A stretch of 64,000 bases of DNA, taken from the NCBI GenBank assembly GCA_038249055.1, contig JBBRWS010000002.1:78118-142117 (forward strand), given 5' to 3'. Position numbers and translations under genes: made by a program. Each line of letters begins with the position of its first letter. The stretch's first letter is position 1. Of the stretch, positions 6,954-16,017 are shown piece by piece. The notes under the pieces were generated by a model. That model made no database searches. It saw only the letters and a list, made by a program, of their open reading frames with translations, and was not told the DNA's origin. Source of the stretch: Minisyncoccia bacterium (GTDB taxonomy: Bacteria; Patescibacteriota; Minisyncoccia; Phycocordibacterales; UBA9973).

Positions 6954-7838
6954 ATGGAAAATAATGAAGAATTAAAAAAAGAAATAGAAGTTCTTGAAGA
7001 ACAAATGGTTCAGGGAAATTTCTGGGAAGACAAAGTAAATGCCCAAGCTGTTATTAAACGTATAGCTTTTTTAAAAGATGAAATTTTAGGTAATCAAAAA
7101 TATGATAAGGGTAATTGTATTCTCTCTGTTCTTTCCGGGGCAGGAGGGGATGATGCAGAAGATTTTTCTGCAATGCTTGTTCGTATGTATACAAAATATT
7201 TTGAGAATAAAGGTTGGTATTGGAATGTAATTCATGAAAATAAAAATGATCTGGGTGGATATAGAAATATTTCTATTGAAGTTATAGGGAGTAGGGCATA
7301 TGGAACACTTAAAAATGAATCAGGGGTGCACAGACTTGTTAGAACTTCACCATTTAATTCTAAGGGTCTTCGTCATACTTCATTTTCTCTTGTTGAAGTA
7401 ATTCCAGAATTTGAAAAAAATAGTAATGTTATAGAAATAAGACCAGAAGAATTAAGAGTTGAACTTTCAAAGTCTGGAGGACCTGGAGGGCAAAATGTAA
7501 ATAAAAGAGAAACTGCAGTAAGAGTAGTTCACTTACCTACAAATCTTTCAGTCCATGTTACTTCTGAGCGTTCCCAAGAGCAAAATAAAGAAAAAGCACT
7601 TGAAATGCTTAAAGGTAAGCTTTTTAAAAAAATGGAAGAGGATCGAAAAAGAGAAAAGGACGGATTATCTATTTCAAAGATTACTGATATTGAATGGGGA
7701 AGCCAAATACGTTCGTATGTTCTTCATCCTTACAAAATGGTCAAAGATCATAGGACTGGAATAGAGATTAATAATGTTGACTCTGTCCTTTTAGATGGTG
7801 AGATAGATAAGTTTATTGAAGCGGAATCGAATTTGTGA
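6954..7838 (+). CDS. prfB: Peptide chain release factor 2 (N-terminally short form, no frameshift site)
   Basis: SPF tripeptide (VRTSPFNSKG), GGQ loop (SGGPGGQNVNKRETAVR), conserved EWGSQIRSY. 294 aa. Lacks the N-terminal ~45 aa that carry the CUU UGA C +1 frameshift in most RF2. Only 19 nt of intergenic sequence upstream. Confidence 0.85.
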   Translation: MENNEELKKEIEVLEEQMVQGNFWEDKVNAQAVIKRIAFLKDEILGNQKYDKGNCILSVLSGAGGDDAEDFSAMLVRMYTKYFENKGWYWNVIHENKNDLGGYRNISIEVIGSRAYGTLKNESGVHRLVRTSPFNSKGLRHTSFSLVEVIPEFEKNSNVIEIRPEELRVELSKSGGPGGQNVNKRETAVRVVHLPTNLSVHVTSERSQEQNKEKALEMLKGKLFKKMEEDRKREKDGLSISKITDIEWGSQIRSYVLHPYKMVKDHRTGIEINNVDSVLLDGEIDKFIEAESNL

Positions 7839-7854
7839 TATTCTTAATAAGGCA

Positions 7855-8532
7855 ATGATCTATTTCAACAATGTTACAAAAAAATATAGAGATAATGTAT
7901 CCTTAGAGGATATAAGTATTACTATCACACAAGGAGAGTTTGTCGCTATAGTGGGGCATTCGGGTGCAGGTAAGACTACTTTAACTAAATTGATTCTTGC
8001 AGAAGAAAAACCAACAGCGGGAACTGTTTTTTATGAATCAAAAGATATTCACAAACTTTCCAGTAGGGATTTAACTCATTTTCGACGTAAGGTCGGAGTA
8101 GTTTTTCAAGATTTTCGATTGTTGTCTAATAAAACAGTTTATGAAAACATAGCATTTGCAATGGAAGCAATAGAAAAAAATGAAGAAGAAATTTTTCAAG
8201 ATGTTCCCCATGTACTTGAGTTAGTTGACCTTACAGCTAGAGCATCTCATTTCCCTCATCAATTGTCTGGCGGTGAAAAACAAAGATTAGCAATTGCCCG
8301 TGCAATTATTACTCAACCCGATTTAATAATCGCAGATGAACCAACAGGGAATCTAGATCCTATCAATACCAATGAAGTTGTAAATCTTCTTAAAAAAATA
8401 AATGATTTAGGTACCACGATTATTTTAACTACTCACAATAAATCTGTATTAGATCAAATTAAAAAAAGAGTCATAACTTTAGAAAATGGGCGTGTTATTA
8501 GAGACGATAAGGATGGTAAGTATATGTTATAA
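7855..8532 (+). CDS. ftsE: Cell-division ABC ATPase FtsE
   Basis: Walker A GHSGAGKTT, signature LSGGEKQRLAIARA, Walker B LIIADEPTGNLD. Start placed at MIYFNNVTKKY (the track ORF begins at a TTG overlapping prfB). Confidence 0.85.
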   Translation: MIYFNNVTKKYRDNVSLEDISITITQGEFVAIVGHSGAGKTTLTKLILAEEKPTAGTVFYESKDIHKLSSRDLTHFRRKVGVVFQDFRLLSNKTVYENIAFAMEAIEKNEEEIFQDVPHVLELVDLTARASHFPHQLSGGEKQRLAIARAIITQPDLIIADEPTGNLDPINTNEVVNLLKKINDLGTTIILTTHNKSVLDQIKKRVITLENGRVIRDDKDGKYML

Positions 8533-8536
8533 TAAT

Positions 8537-9463
8537 CATATGTTTTTTATAAAAACCAAAAGAATAATAATTTCAGGCTGTCGTAATTTTAAGCGTAGTG
8601 GATTCACTTCATTCGCTAGTATTCTTATTATGACAGTGACTTTGTTTGTAATAACTTCTTTAATATTTATCCAAGCTGCATTAAACTCTTCTCTTAATGA
8701 TATAAAAGAAAAAGTTGATGTTACTGTATACTTTGTTTCAGATGCCGAAGAGTCAGCTATTAAAAACATTGAAGTGGCTCTTAAAAATCTACCTGAAGTT
8801 AAGAATATAACTTATACTTCTCAGGACCAGGCTTTAGTAGAATTTAAAGAGAGACATTCTAATGATTATTTAACGCTTCAAGCTCTTGATGAGTTAGATG
8901 AGAATCCATTAGGGGCATCTCTTAATGTTAAAGCAAGAGACCCTTCTCAATACGAAAGTATTTCTAAATATTTTGAAAGCGAAGATGCTCTTTCAAAAGG
9001 GGCTTTAACTATTATTGATAAAATAGATTATCATCAAAATAAAGTTGTAATTGATAGACTTACTTCAATTATTGCAGGTGCAAAAAAACTTGGTTTTGCA
9101 GTTTCTCTTATTCTCGTTATAATTTCGATTATAATTACATTTAGTACAATCAGACTTATTATTTATATGTCCCGTGAGGAAATAAATGTGATGAAGCTCG
9201 TTGGAGCAGGAGCCCGATATATCCGTGGTCCATTTATAGTTTCTGGAGTCTTGGTAGGTATTATATCTTCTATTGTCACAATTTTAATATTTATTCCTGT
9301 TTCAATTTGGCTAGGTAATCAGATGACTGATTTTGTTGGAATTAATTTATTCACATATTATAAAACTAATTTCTTACAGTTATTTATTATTATGCTTGGA
9401 TCGGGTGTAACTATTGGAAGTATTTCCAGTATTTTCGCTATTCATAGATATTTACGAAAGTAA
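8537..9463 (+). CDS. ftsX: Cell-division permease FtsX
   Basis: Follows ftsE by 4 nt. Four-TM FtsX topology with a large periplasmic loop. C-terminal …MKLVGAGARYIRGPFIVSGVLVG… typical of FtsX. Confidence 0.75.
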   Translation, partial: HMFFIKTKRIIISGCRNFKRSGFTSFASILIMTVTLFVITSLIFIQAALNSSLNDIKEKVDVTVYFVSDAEESAIKNIEVALKNLPEVKNITYTSQDQALVEFKERHSNDYLTLQALDELDENPLGASLNVKARDPSQYESISKYFESEDALSKGALTIIDKIDYHQNKVVIDRLTSIIAGAKKLGFAVSLILVIISIIITFSTIRLIIYMSREEINVMKLVGAGARYIRGPFIVSGVLVGIISSIVTILIFIPVSIWLGNQMTDFVGINLFTYYKTNFLQLFIIMLGSGVTIGSISSIFAIHRYLRK

Positions 9464-9470
9464 TTTGCTT

Positions 9471-11156
9471 ATGAAACAAAAACTTTCTGAAATTTCAAAA
9501 AAAGAGATACCTAATTGTAAGTATATCTTTGTCGTTGGTGGAGTTATTTCAGGTGTAGGTAAAGGAATTACTGCAAGTTCTATTGCACGTATTCTCTCTG
9601 ACCGAGGGGAGCGTGTTACTGCTATTAAAATTGATCCATATATAAATATTGATGCTGGTACTATGAATCCAACTGAGCATGGAGAAGTTTTTGTTTTAGA
9701 TGATGGTGATGAAACTGACCAGGATATGGGCAATTACGAACGTTTTCTTGGTGTAGATTTATCTCGTGCAAATTATTTAACTACAGGGCGTGTTTACCAA
9801 AGCGTAATCGAACGTGAAAGAAATTTAGAATACGGTGGTGCTTGTGTTCAGGTTGTACCTCATATTCCTCTTGAAGTTATTCGTCGCATAGAGAATGCTC
9901 GTGATAAGGCCAATGCCAATGTTGTTGTCATAGAGATAGGCGGTACTGTAGGTGAGTATGAAAATATTCTTTTTCTAGAAGCTGCACGTATGATGAAACT
10001 TCGTAATCATAGTAGTGTATTTTTTGTCATGGTTTCTTATTTACCAATACCAAGTAATGTTGGAGAAATGAAAACAAAGCCAACTCAACATGCCGTTAGA
10101 ACTTTAAATGCTTCAGGTGTACAACCGGATATCATTGTAGCCAGAAGTAAGGTGCCCCTTGATGAAAAAAGAAAAGAAAAATTATCTATGTTTTGTAATA
10201 TTGCACAAGACCATATTATTTCGGCTCCAGATGTAGAAAGTATTTATGATATACCAATAAATTTTGAAAAAGAGGGGTTAGGAGACATGATTTGCAATAC
10301 GATTGGTATGACTTGTGGCCCAGCTGTAAACGAAGGATCTAAAAAATGGAAGAAATTTGCTGATTCAAGTCACACAAAGAAAAATATTGTTAATATAGCT
10401 ATCGTTGGTAAGTATTTTAATACTGGGGATTTTACTTTATCTGATTCTTATTTATCAGTTATTGAAGCAATAAAATATTCTGCATATTCTGTTGGGAGTA
10501 AGCCAGTCTTAACTTGGATTTCATCTATGGATTTTGAGAAGGATCCTAAATCTATCAAAAAATTATCTAGTTATGATGGAATTATTGTTCCTGGAGGATT
10601 TGGCTCAAGAGGCATAGAAGGGATTTTGAAAACAATTGAATATGCAAGAAAACACAATATACCTTATTTCGGTCTTTGCTATGGTATGCAACTTTTAGTT
10701 ATTGAATATGCTCGTAATGTATTGGGTATTAAAGATGCTATAACTCGCGAAGTTAATCCAAATGCTAAAGATTTGGTTATAGATATAATGGAGGATCAAA
10801 AAGCAAAACTTGAAAATAAAGATATGGGAGCTAGTATGAGATTAGGAGCATATGTTGCACATTTAAAAAAGGGAACAATAGCACAAAAAGCTTACAAATC
10901 AGATATCATATCTGAACGTCATCGTCATCGTTATGAAGTAAATCCCGCTTATATAGAGAGATTGGAAAAGGCCGGGTTAGTATTTTCTGGTATTTCCCCA
11001 GACGGAACGCTTTGTGAAATAGCTGAATTACCTTCAAATAAACATCCATTTTTCTTGGGCACACAATTCCACCCAGAATTCAAAGCAAGACCGCTTTCTC
11101 CGCATCCTTTGTTTACTGCTTTTATTAAATCTTGTATAAAAAACAAAAAGAAATAA
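9471..11156 (+). CDS. pyrG: CTP synthase
   Basis: YIFVVGGVISGVGKGITASS N-terminus. C-terminal class-I glutamine amidotransferase domain (GLCYGMQL…, HPEF). Confidence 0.9.
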   Translation: MKQKLSEISKKEIPNCKYIFVVGGVISGVGKGITASSIARILSDRGERVTAIKIDPYINIDAGTMNPTEHGEVFVLDDGDETDQDMGNYERFLGVDLSRANYLTTGRVYQSVIERERNLEYGGACVQVVPHIPLEVIRRIENARDKANANVVVIEIGGTVGEYENILFLEAARMMKLRNHSSVFFVMVSYLPIPSNVGEMKTKPTQHAVRTLNASGVQPDIIVARSKVPLDEKRKEKLSMFCNIAQDHIISAPDVESIYDIPINFEKEGLGDMICNTIGMTCGPAVNEGSKKWKKFADSSHTKKNIVNIAIVGKYFNTGDFTLSDSYLSVIEAIKYSAYSVGSKPVLTWISSMDFEKDPKSIKKLSSYDGIIVPGGFGSRGIEGILKTIEYARKHNIPYFGLCYGMQLLVIEYARNVLGIKDAITREVNPNAKDLVIDIMEDQKAKLENKDMGASMRLGAYVAHLKKGTIAQKAYKSDIISERHRHRYEVNPAYIERLEKAGLVFSGISPDGTLCEIAELPSNKHPFFLGTQFHPEFKARPLSPHPLFTAFIKSCIKNKKK

Positions 11157-11165
11157 AATAAAAAA

Positions 11166-11300
11166 ATAGCCCAGTAGGTCAATCTACTGATTGAAGGTTG
11201 GACGTCTACGGGAGACGTCCATTAGAGGTCCAACCTCTATCTGGCTTCGGAGGTTGTACCTCTATAAAAATACCTCCTCGATTTTTAGAGAAGGTATTTT
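11166..11300. terminator. Structured GC-rich convergent-terminator region between pyrG (+) and the LOG-family gene (-)
   Basis: Hairpins CAGTAGGTCAATCTACTG; nested AGGTTGGAC-GTCTACGGGAGAC-GTCCAACCT; GGAGGTTGTACCTC; AAAATACCTCCTCGATTTTTAGAGAAGGTATTTTT. Contains the recurring CCCAGTAGGTC motif. Confidence 0.4.
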
Positions 11301-11308
11301 TAATATTT

Positions 11309-12034
11309 TTATTGTAATGAATCGCTACCTGTGCGAATTTTACTATTTTTAATTATTTCTAAAATTTCGTCTTCATTGTCTTTAATTATAAATAGATTAG
11401 AATCTTCTTCGTCTATGGTTTTATATTTTTCTAATAAAACTTCTCGTATGACTTTTATTAAAGGATTCCAAAATTCAGAACCAAAAAGTATAACAGGAAT
11501 TTTCCCAGTTTTTCCAGTTTGTAAATGAGTTAGTAATTCAAAAAGCTCATCTAGTGTACCAAATCCACCTGGGCAAAAAATACAAACTTCTGTTGCATAA
11601 GACATTGAAGCCTGACGAGCAAAGAAAAATTCAAAAGGTATTTCTTCTTTAACATATGGGTTAGTAGATTGTTCATGGGGAAGTCTAATAGTGAGACCAA
11701 GTGATCTTCCCCCTGCTTCGAATGCTCCACGATTTGCAGCTTCCATAGCTCCACCACCTCCACCGGTAATAATTGCGTAGTCTAATTCTTTAGATATTCT
11801 ATAAGCAAGACTCTGGACCATTTTGTATGGTTGGCCATCCTCTTTTAATCTAGTTGAACCATAAAAAGTGACGGAAGGATTACAATTTTTAATACCATCT
11901 ATTCCATTTCTAAACTCTTCCTTTATCATGCATAATTTGGTTTCCTCTTCATTGTTTCCAGTTACAACTATGCAGCCATTTTTTATTTCATCGATTGTTA
12001 GATGTCCGTGTTTTTTTATTGGTTCAGTATTCAT
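11309..12034 (-). CDS. LOG family protein (cytokinin riboside 5'-monophosphate phosphoribohydrolase / 'lysine decarboxylase-like', TIGR00730-type)
   Basis: ITGGGGGAMEAANRGA… and PGGFGTLDELFELLT motifs. Confidence 0.75.
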   Translation of the reverse strand: MNTEPIKKHGHLTIDEIKNGCIVVTGNNEEETKLCMIKEEFRNGIDGIKNCNPSVTFYGSTRLKEDGQPYKMVQSLAYRISKELDYAIITGGGGGAMEAANRGAFEAGGRSLGLTIRLPHEQSTNPYVKEEIPFEFFFARQASMSYATEVCIFCPGGFGTLDELFELLTHLQTGKTGKIPVILFGSEFWNPLIKVIREVLLEKYKTIDEEDSNLFIIKDNEDEILEIIKNSKIRTGSDSLQ

Positions 12035-12145
12035 AAATCTAATTTTACTCCAATATTGTTATATTTTCAATTGTTTTTTGGCTGTTTTATGGTACTATGT
12101 TGAAGTTATCGATGCATTACATAATTAAATCGATTAAATAATTAT

Positions 12146-12216
12146 TGCGGGATCGTCTAATGGTAGGACTACAGTTTCTGGAACTGTGTATCTAGGTTCG
12201 AATCCTAGTCCCGCAG
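12146..12216 (+). tRNA. tRNA-Gln (anticodon CTG)
   Basis: TGCGGGA/TC/GTCT-AATGGTA-GGAC/T/ACAGT-TTCTGGA-ACTGT/GTAT/CTAGG-TTCGAAT-CCTAG/TCCCGCA+G. U1:A72 pair typical of bacterial tRNA-Gln. Confidence 0.8.
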
Positions 12217-12273
12217 CAAAAAAATAAAAGCGTAGCGTTTTTTGCTGCGGGACGAAAGCAAACTACTTTGCTT

Positions 12274-12456
12274 GCGTCTACGATTAGTAAATCGAACCGT
12301 GAGGAGGATTCGAAGACCTTTTCCGTGTGAGTGCGTCCACGAACGGAAAAGGTGTACAGAACCAGCGAATGAGTACATTCGCCTACTGGGTAGGGTTCGA
12401 AAAGTGCGAATGAGTACATTCGCCTACTGGGTACTCACGGTCCTAGTCCCGCAGCA
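12274..12456 (+). repeat. Structured repeat X (copy 1) ending in a direct copy of the tRNA-Gln 3' end (TCCTAGTCCCGCAGCA at 12441-12456)
   Basis: About 99% identical to 13369-13510 apart from an internal 42-nt duplication (GCGAATGAGTACATTCGCCTACTGGGTA occurs twice). Contains hairpins CCTTTTCCGT…ACGGAAAAGG and GCGAATG-AGTA-CATTCGC. Confidence 0.7.
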
Positions 12457-12505
12457 AATTTGACATAAAAGCAATTATATTGTTTATATATGCTATGATA
12501 TAGAT

Positions 12506-13216
12506 ATGAATAAAAATAAACTTGTTATAGCATTTTTTGTGTTAGTTATTGTTTTGGGATTCGGGGTGTACTACTTTTCTTCTAAGGATAAAACCATTCC
12601 ACCAGGCGAGGATATAAATTCTCCTTTGGTTTCTTCTGTGGTTTATAAAAATAATGATTACGGATTTAACTTTTCTTTACCTGCTAATTGGCAAGGATAT
12701 TCAATTGTGAGTAATACATGGGAAGGGATGTCTTTAACTACTTCCACGATAGTCGAAACTGGGCCAAAACTTCTAATACGGGATCCAAAATGGACAGTAA
12801 CTTCACCTCATGAAGATCTACCAATATTGGTTTTTACAATTCAGCAATGGAATTCATATCTAGCAGAGAATTTCTCCATTGGTGCCGCACCAATTAAAGC
12901 AAGTGAATTAGCACGTAATAATACTTACGTCTTCGCTCTTCCAACACGTTGGGATTTTGATTATAGTCTAGGCTTCAAAGAAGCACAGGATATTATTGCA
13001 GGAAATCCTATCCGTACATTCGATTTAGTAATAGTCGATAAACCACAAGGTAAGTTAAATATAAACGTCATATGTGAGCAGGCAATATCATACATGAAAT
13101 TTACAGATGCAAAAAGCGCAGATTTGTTTATTGCTGACTGTAAAGAAGGAAAACACCCCGAAGTAATAGAAAAATATAAAGCAGATATGAATCTTGGTGA
13201 TGGTGTTGCAATTTAA
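12506..13216 (+). CDS. Hypothetical secreted/membrane-anchored protein (N-terminal signal/TM)
   Basis: 236 aa with hydrophobic N-terminus (LVIAFFVLVIVLGFGVYYF). No recognisable catalytic motif. Confidence 0.5.
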   Translation: MNKNKLVIAFFVLVIVLGFGVYYFSSKDKTIPPGEDINSPLVSSVVYKNNDYGFNFSLPANWQGYSIVSNTWEGMSLTTSTIVETGPKLLIRDPKWTVTSPHEDLPILVFTIQQWNSYLAENFSIGAAPIKASELARNNTYVFALPTRWDFDYSLGFKEAQDIIAGNPIRTFDLVIVDKPQGKLNINVICEQAISYMKFTDAKSADLFIADCKEGKHPEVIEKYKADMNLGDGVAI

Positions 13217-13368
13217 TAGTAAAGAATAAATCAACAAGCTCAGACTTGTTTAGTTTTTTCTAAATAAGTTCCAACATCTACCCAGACCGCCGCAAATAAG
13301 CTAAGGCTTATTTGCGGCGGGAAGCGAGCAAACTGCTCATTTAATAAAATGACCTACTGGGTTTGCTC

Positions 13369-13510
13369 GCGTCTACGATTAGTAAATCGAACCGTGAGGA
13401 GGATTCGAAGACCTTTTCCGTGTGAGTGCGTCCACGAACGGAAAAGGTGTACTGAACCAGCGAATGAGTACATTCGCCTACTGGGTACTCACGGTCCTAG
13501 TCCCACAGCA
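13369..13510 (+). repeat. Structured repeat X' (copy 2) ending in a second direct copy of the tRNA-Gln 3' end (TCCTAGTCCCACAGCA at 13495-13510)
   Basis: Near-identical to repeat X (2 substitutions, lacks the 42-nt internal duplication). Preceded by a 15-bp perfect hairpin (CCGCCGCAAATAAGC…GCTTATTTGCGGCGG) and the Y hairpin at 13322-13362. Confidence 0.7.
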
Positions 13511-13592
13511 GTTTAGTATCGATGGACCTAGAGGGGTTAGGGACTGAGTCTCGAAATTTCTATATCAATGTTTATATGCTAAAATACCTAAT

Positions 13593-14123
13593 ATGAATAG
13601 AAAAAATATAATTATATTTACCTTGATCGCAATTCTTGCTTTAGCATACGTACTTATCAAGTACGTAAATCAGCCCGACCCCGAACAAAAAATAAAGGAT
13701 CCAGAGCCAATTGCATATGAGTGTAACGGTGATGGCAAGGTGTGCCCGGATGGTTCAGTTGTGGGCAGAACAGGAAGTGATTGTAGTTTTGCGATGTGCC
13801 CCGCGCCAGATGCAAAATCGGCAAAAATCACAACAACACTTGGGCAGGTATCAACCGCATTAAATGTTTCCATTACTCCCAAAGAAGTTGTTTCTGACAG
13901 TCGTTGCCCTTCTGACGTGCAATGCATCTGGGCTGGCACTGTCGAGGTACGTACCGTCACCGCAACCAAGGTCTCTCATGGCGAACAAATTTTCAAACTT
14001 AATGAGCCAAAAATATTCGGAGATTTTGAAATAACCTTGATCGAAGTTGCACCATACCCAAAGTCCGGCGAAAAAATCAAGGAATCATCCTATCGCTTTT
14101 CGTACGAAGTCACAAGAAGGTAG
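13593..14123 (+). CDS. Hypothetical secreted Cys-rich protein
   Basis: 176 aa. N-terminal TM/signal (IIIFTLIAILALAYVLI), 8 Cys in the mature part. Confidence 0.45.
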   Translation: MNRKNIIIFTLIAILALAYVLIKYVNQPDPEQKIKDPEPIAYECNGDGKVCPDGSVVGRTGSDCSFAMCPAPDAKSAKITTTLGQVSTALNVSITPKEVVSDSRCPSDVQCIWAGTVEVRTVTATKVSHGEQIFKLNEPKIFGDFEITLIEVAPYPKSGEKIKESSYRFSYEVTRR

Positions 14124-14306
14124 AGATAGGATTCTGTTATAATAAATTTATGAACATGTTTAAATCACTGAAGATCTAAAATTCATGGTAAATAAGTACT
14201 CGGAGTTCTCAGCCCTAATAAATCTTATTTTCCGTTAAAAATGTTCCAACATCGACCCAAACTCTCAGAAAGTTATTTTCAAATATTACCGTGATATAAT
14301 ATATAC

Positions 14307-15038
14307 ATGAAGAAAATTATTTACATTATTTTAATATTGGCTTTAGTTGGTATCCTCTTTTTTTCTATTATTGGAAACAAGAAGGAAGAAATAGTAAACA
14401 ATCCAATAAATAATTCCGAAACAGAATACGTATATTATAAAAATTCCGAATATAGCCCGGAATTCATTTATCCTAAATCGTGGGGAGAAGTTACTATAAA
14501 AGAAGGAAATAAAATATGTCCTGAGGAAGATAGTTATCGCACAAGTGATACGCTGCAAATTTTTGACTGGGAATTCGCCTTTAATGAAATAAAACTTCCA
14601 GGATCAGAAAGTATTATTCGTGTTGGTATTCGCCAGTATGAGCTCGACCCCAAAAAACTAAATGATTGCGGAGACGATTTTCATTTAAAGATTGCTAGAA
14701 AAGAAGTTATTCCCGAATCACTATCTTCTTTTATATTAAATTCAGTAACACTCAAGAGTGGTCTGTCTGGTACTTATAACAAGGAGGCTAGCCGGCTCAA
14801 TACAGAGGCACGAACACAATATGCTTTCTTTGTTTTACAAAACTCAAGAATATATATTCTTCAGCCTTACATGAGTTTTATTCCTTATTTTGGTTCTCCT
14901 GAGTTAAAAGAAATGGAACAAGAATTCGGTGGGGATATGAGTGAGTATATAAAGAGTGGAAAAACAGCCCAAAATATAAGAAGATATTTGGAAGAATTTA
15001 CTAAGATGACAGAAAGTTTGAAATTTTCGGCTAAATAA
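14307..15038 (+). CDS. Hypothetical secreted protein
   Basis: 243 aa. N-terminal signal-like helix (IIYIILILALVGILFFSII). Confidence 0.45.
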   Translation: MKKIIYIILILALVGILFFSIIGNKKEEIVNNPINNSETEYVYYKNSEYSPEFIYPKSWGEVTIKEGNKICPEEDSYRTSDTLQIFDWEFAFNEIKLPGSESIIRVGIRQYELDPKKLNDCGDDFHLKIARKEVIPESLSSFILNSVTLKSGLSGTYNKEASRLNTEARTQYAFFVLQNSRIYILQPYMSFIPYFGSPELKEMEQEFGGDMSEYIKSGKTAQNIRRYLEEFTKMTESLKFSAK

Positions 15039-15224
15039 TTGTTAAAGCTAAACTTGTTCCAATAGCGAACCATACGGCCAGCAATTGATATAATAAAAAT
15101 ATGAATCTAAAAAATTTTTTATTGGCTGGGCAATAAGTTTTTTTGTAGTTATTTGTTTAGTAATGATATATTATTTATTTTTTAAATAAATTCCAACTTT
15201 GTCCCATAAGGTCAGCAACTGTTT

Positions 15225-15719
15225 TTGATTTACTTTTGGTATAATAGAACTATGATTAAATATAAACATACCCAAATAGGATATCTAATGCTATTTGTTA
15301 CGCTAGCTGTTTTGGTGCTCTTCGCATGGGTTCAAATTATGGCCAGGCTCGAGTCTCCCTCGATCAACTCTGGCACAAATTTTGCTGTTACTGGGATAAT
15401 GGTATTAATCCTGTTTATTCTTGCATCATTTGCCACACTGACAGTATCGATTGATGAAAATTATGTACGAATAAAATTTGGTTATGGACTTTTTCAAAAG
15501 AAATTATTACTTAATGAAATAAGTTCTGTTAAAACTGTAAAAAATCATTGGTACTACGGATGGGGGATAAGATTATGGTTATGGCCTACCACTTGGATTT
15601 ATAATGTTTCTGGTTTTGATGCAGTTGAATTAATCATGAAGAACGGAAAAATATATCGAATAGGAACAGATGAACCAATAAAACTTGAATCTGCTATTAT
15701 CACAGCTATAAATAGATAG
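15225..15719 (+). CDS. Hypothetical membrane protein with bacterial PH-like (bPH/DUF304-type) C-terminal domain
   Basis: Two TM helices then …VRIKFGYGLFQKKLLLNEISSVKTV…GKIYRIGTDEP. Confidence 0.4.
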   Translation: MIYFWYNRTMIKYKHTQIGYLMLFVTLAVLVLFAWVQIMARLESPSINSGTNFAVTGIMVLILFILASFATLTVSIDENYVRIKFGYGLFQKKLLLNEISSVKTVKNHWYYGWGIRLWLWPTTWIYNVSGFDAVELIMKNGKIYRIGTDEPIKLESAIITAINR

Positions 15720-15851
15720 AATTCAAAGCATTATTAATAGTTTTGGAAATATTATTCTTTTAGAATGATTTACTAAAATTTAATATAAGTTCTAATATTG
15801 CACTAGATACACAGCAAGGTTTTTAACTATTGTTTTGGTATAATATGGCCT

Positions 15852-16016
15852 ATGAATGAAAATCAACAGAGAATTAAAGAAATTGAATATACTCAAATTA
15901 ATTTTTTGAATAAATTAAATGTTTTAAAAAATGAAAAGAATAGATTGACTAAGGATATAAATAAAAAGTTAGATTTAATCAAGATAGATAAAATCCTTAA
16001 TGATATAAACAAATAA
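15852..16016 (+). CDS. Possible small ORF (54 aa, coiled-coil-like: MNENQQRIKEIEYTQINFLNKLNVLKNEKNRLTKDINKKLDLIKIDKILNDINK)
   Basis: Starts 10 nt after a TGGTATAAT extended -10. Stop TAA lies 1 nt before the ATG of the next gene. Not in the supplied track (under 60 aa). Confidence 0.3.
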   Translation: MNENQQRIKEIEYTQINFLNKLNVLKNEKNRLTKDINKKLDLIKIDKILNDINK

Positions 16017-16017
16017 T

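Noticed and set aside
6935-6960. Programmed +1 frameshift site in prfB
   Set aside because: There is no CUU UGA C-like motif, and no upstream partial ORF in another frame. The gene simply starts downstream of where the shift site would be.
9452-9733. 93-aa minus-strand ORF inside pyrG, and similar antisense ORFs inside ileS, argS, glyA and the dGTPase gene
   Set aside because: All are antisense shadows within high-confidence conserved genes. None has motifs or independent signals.
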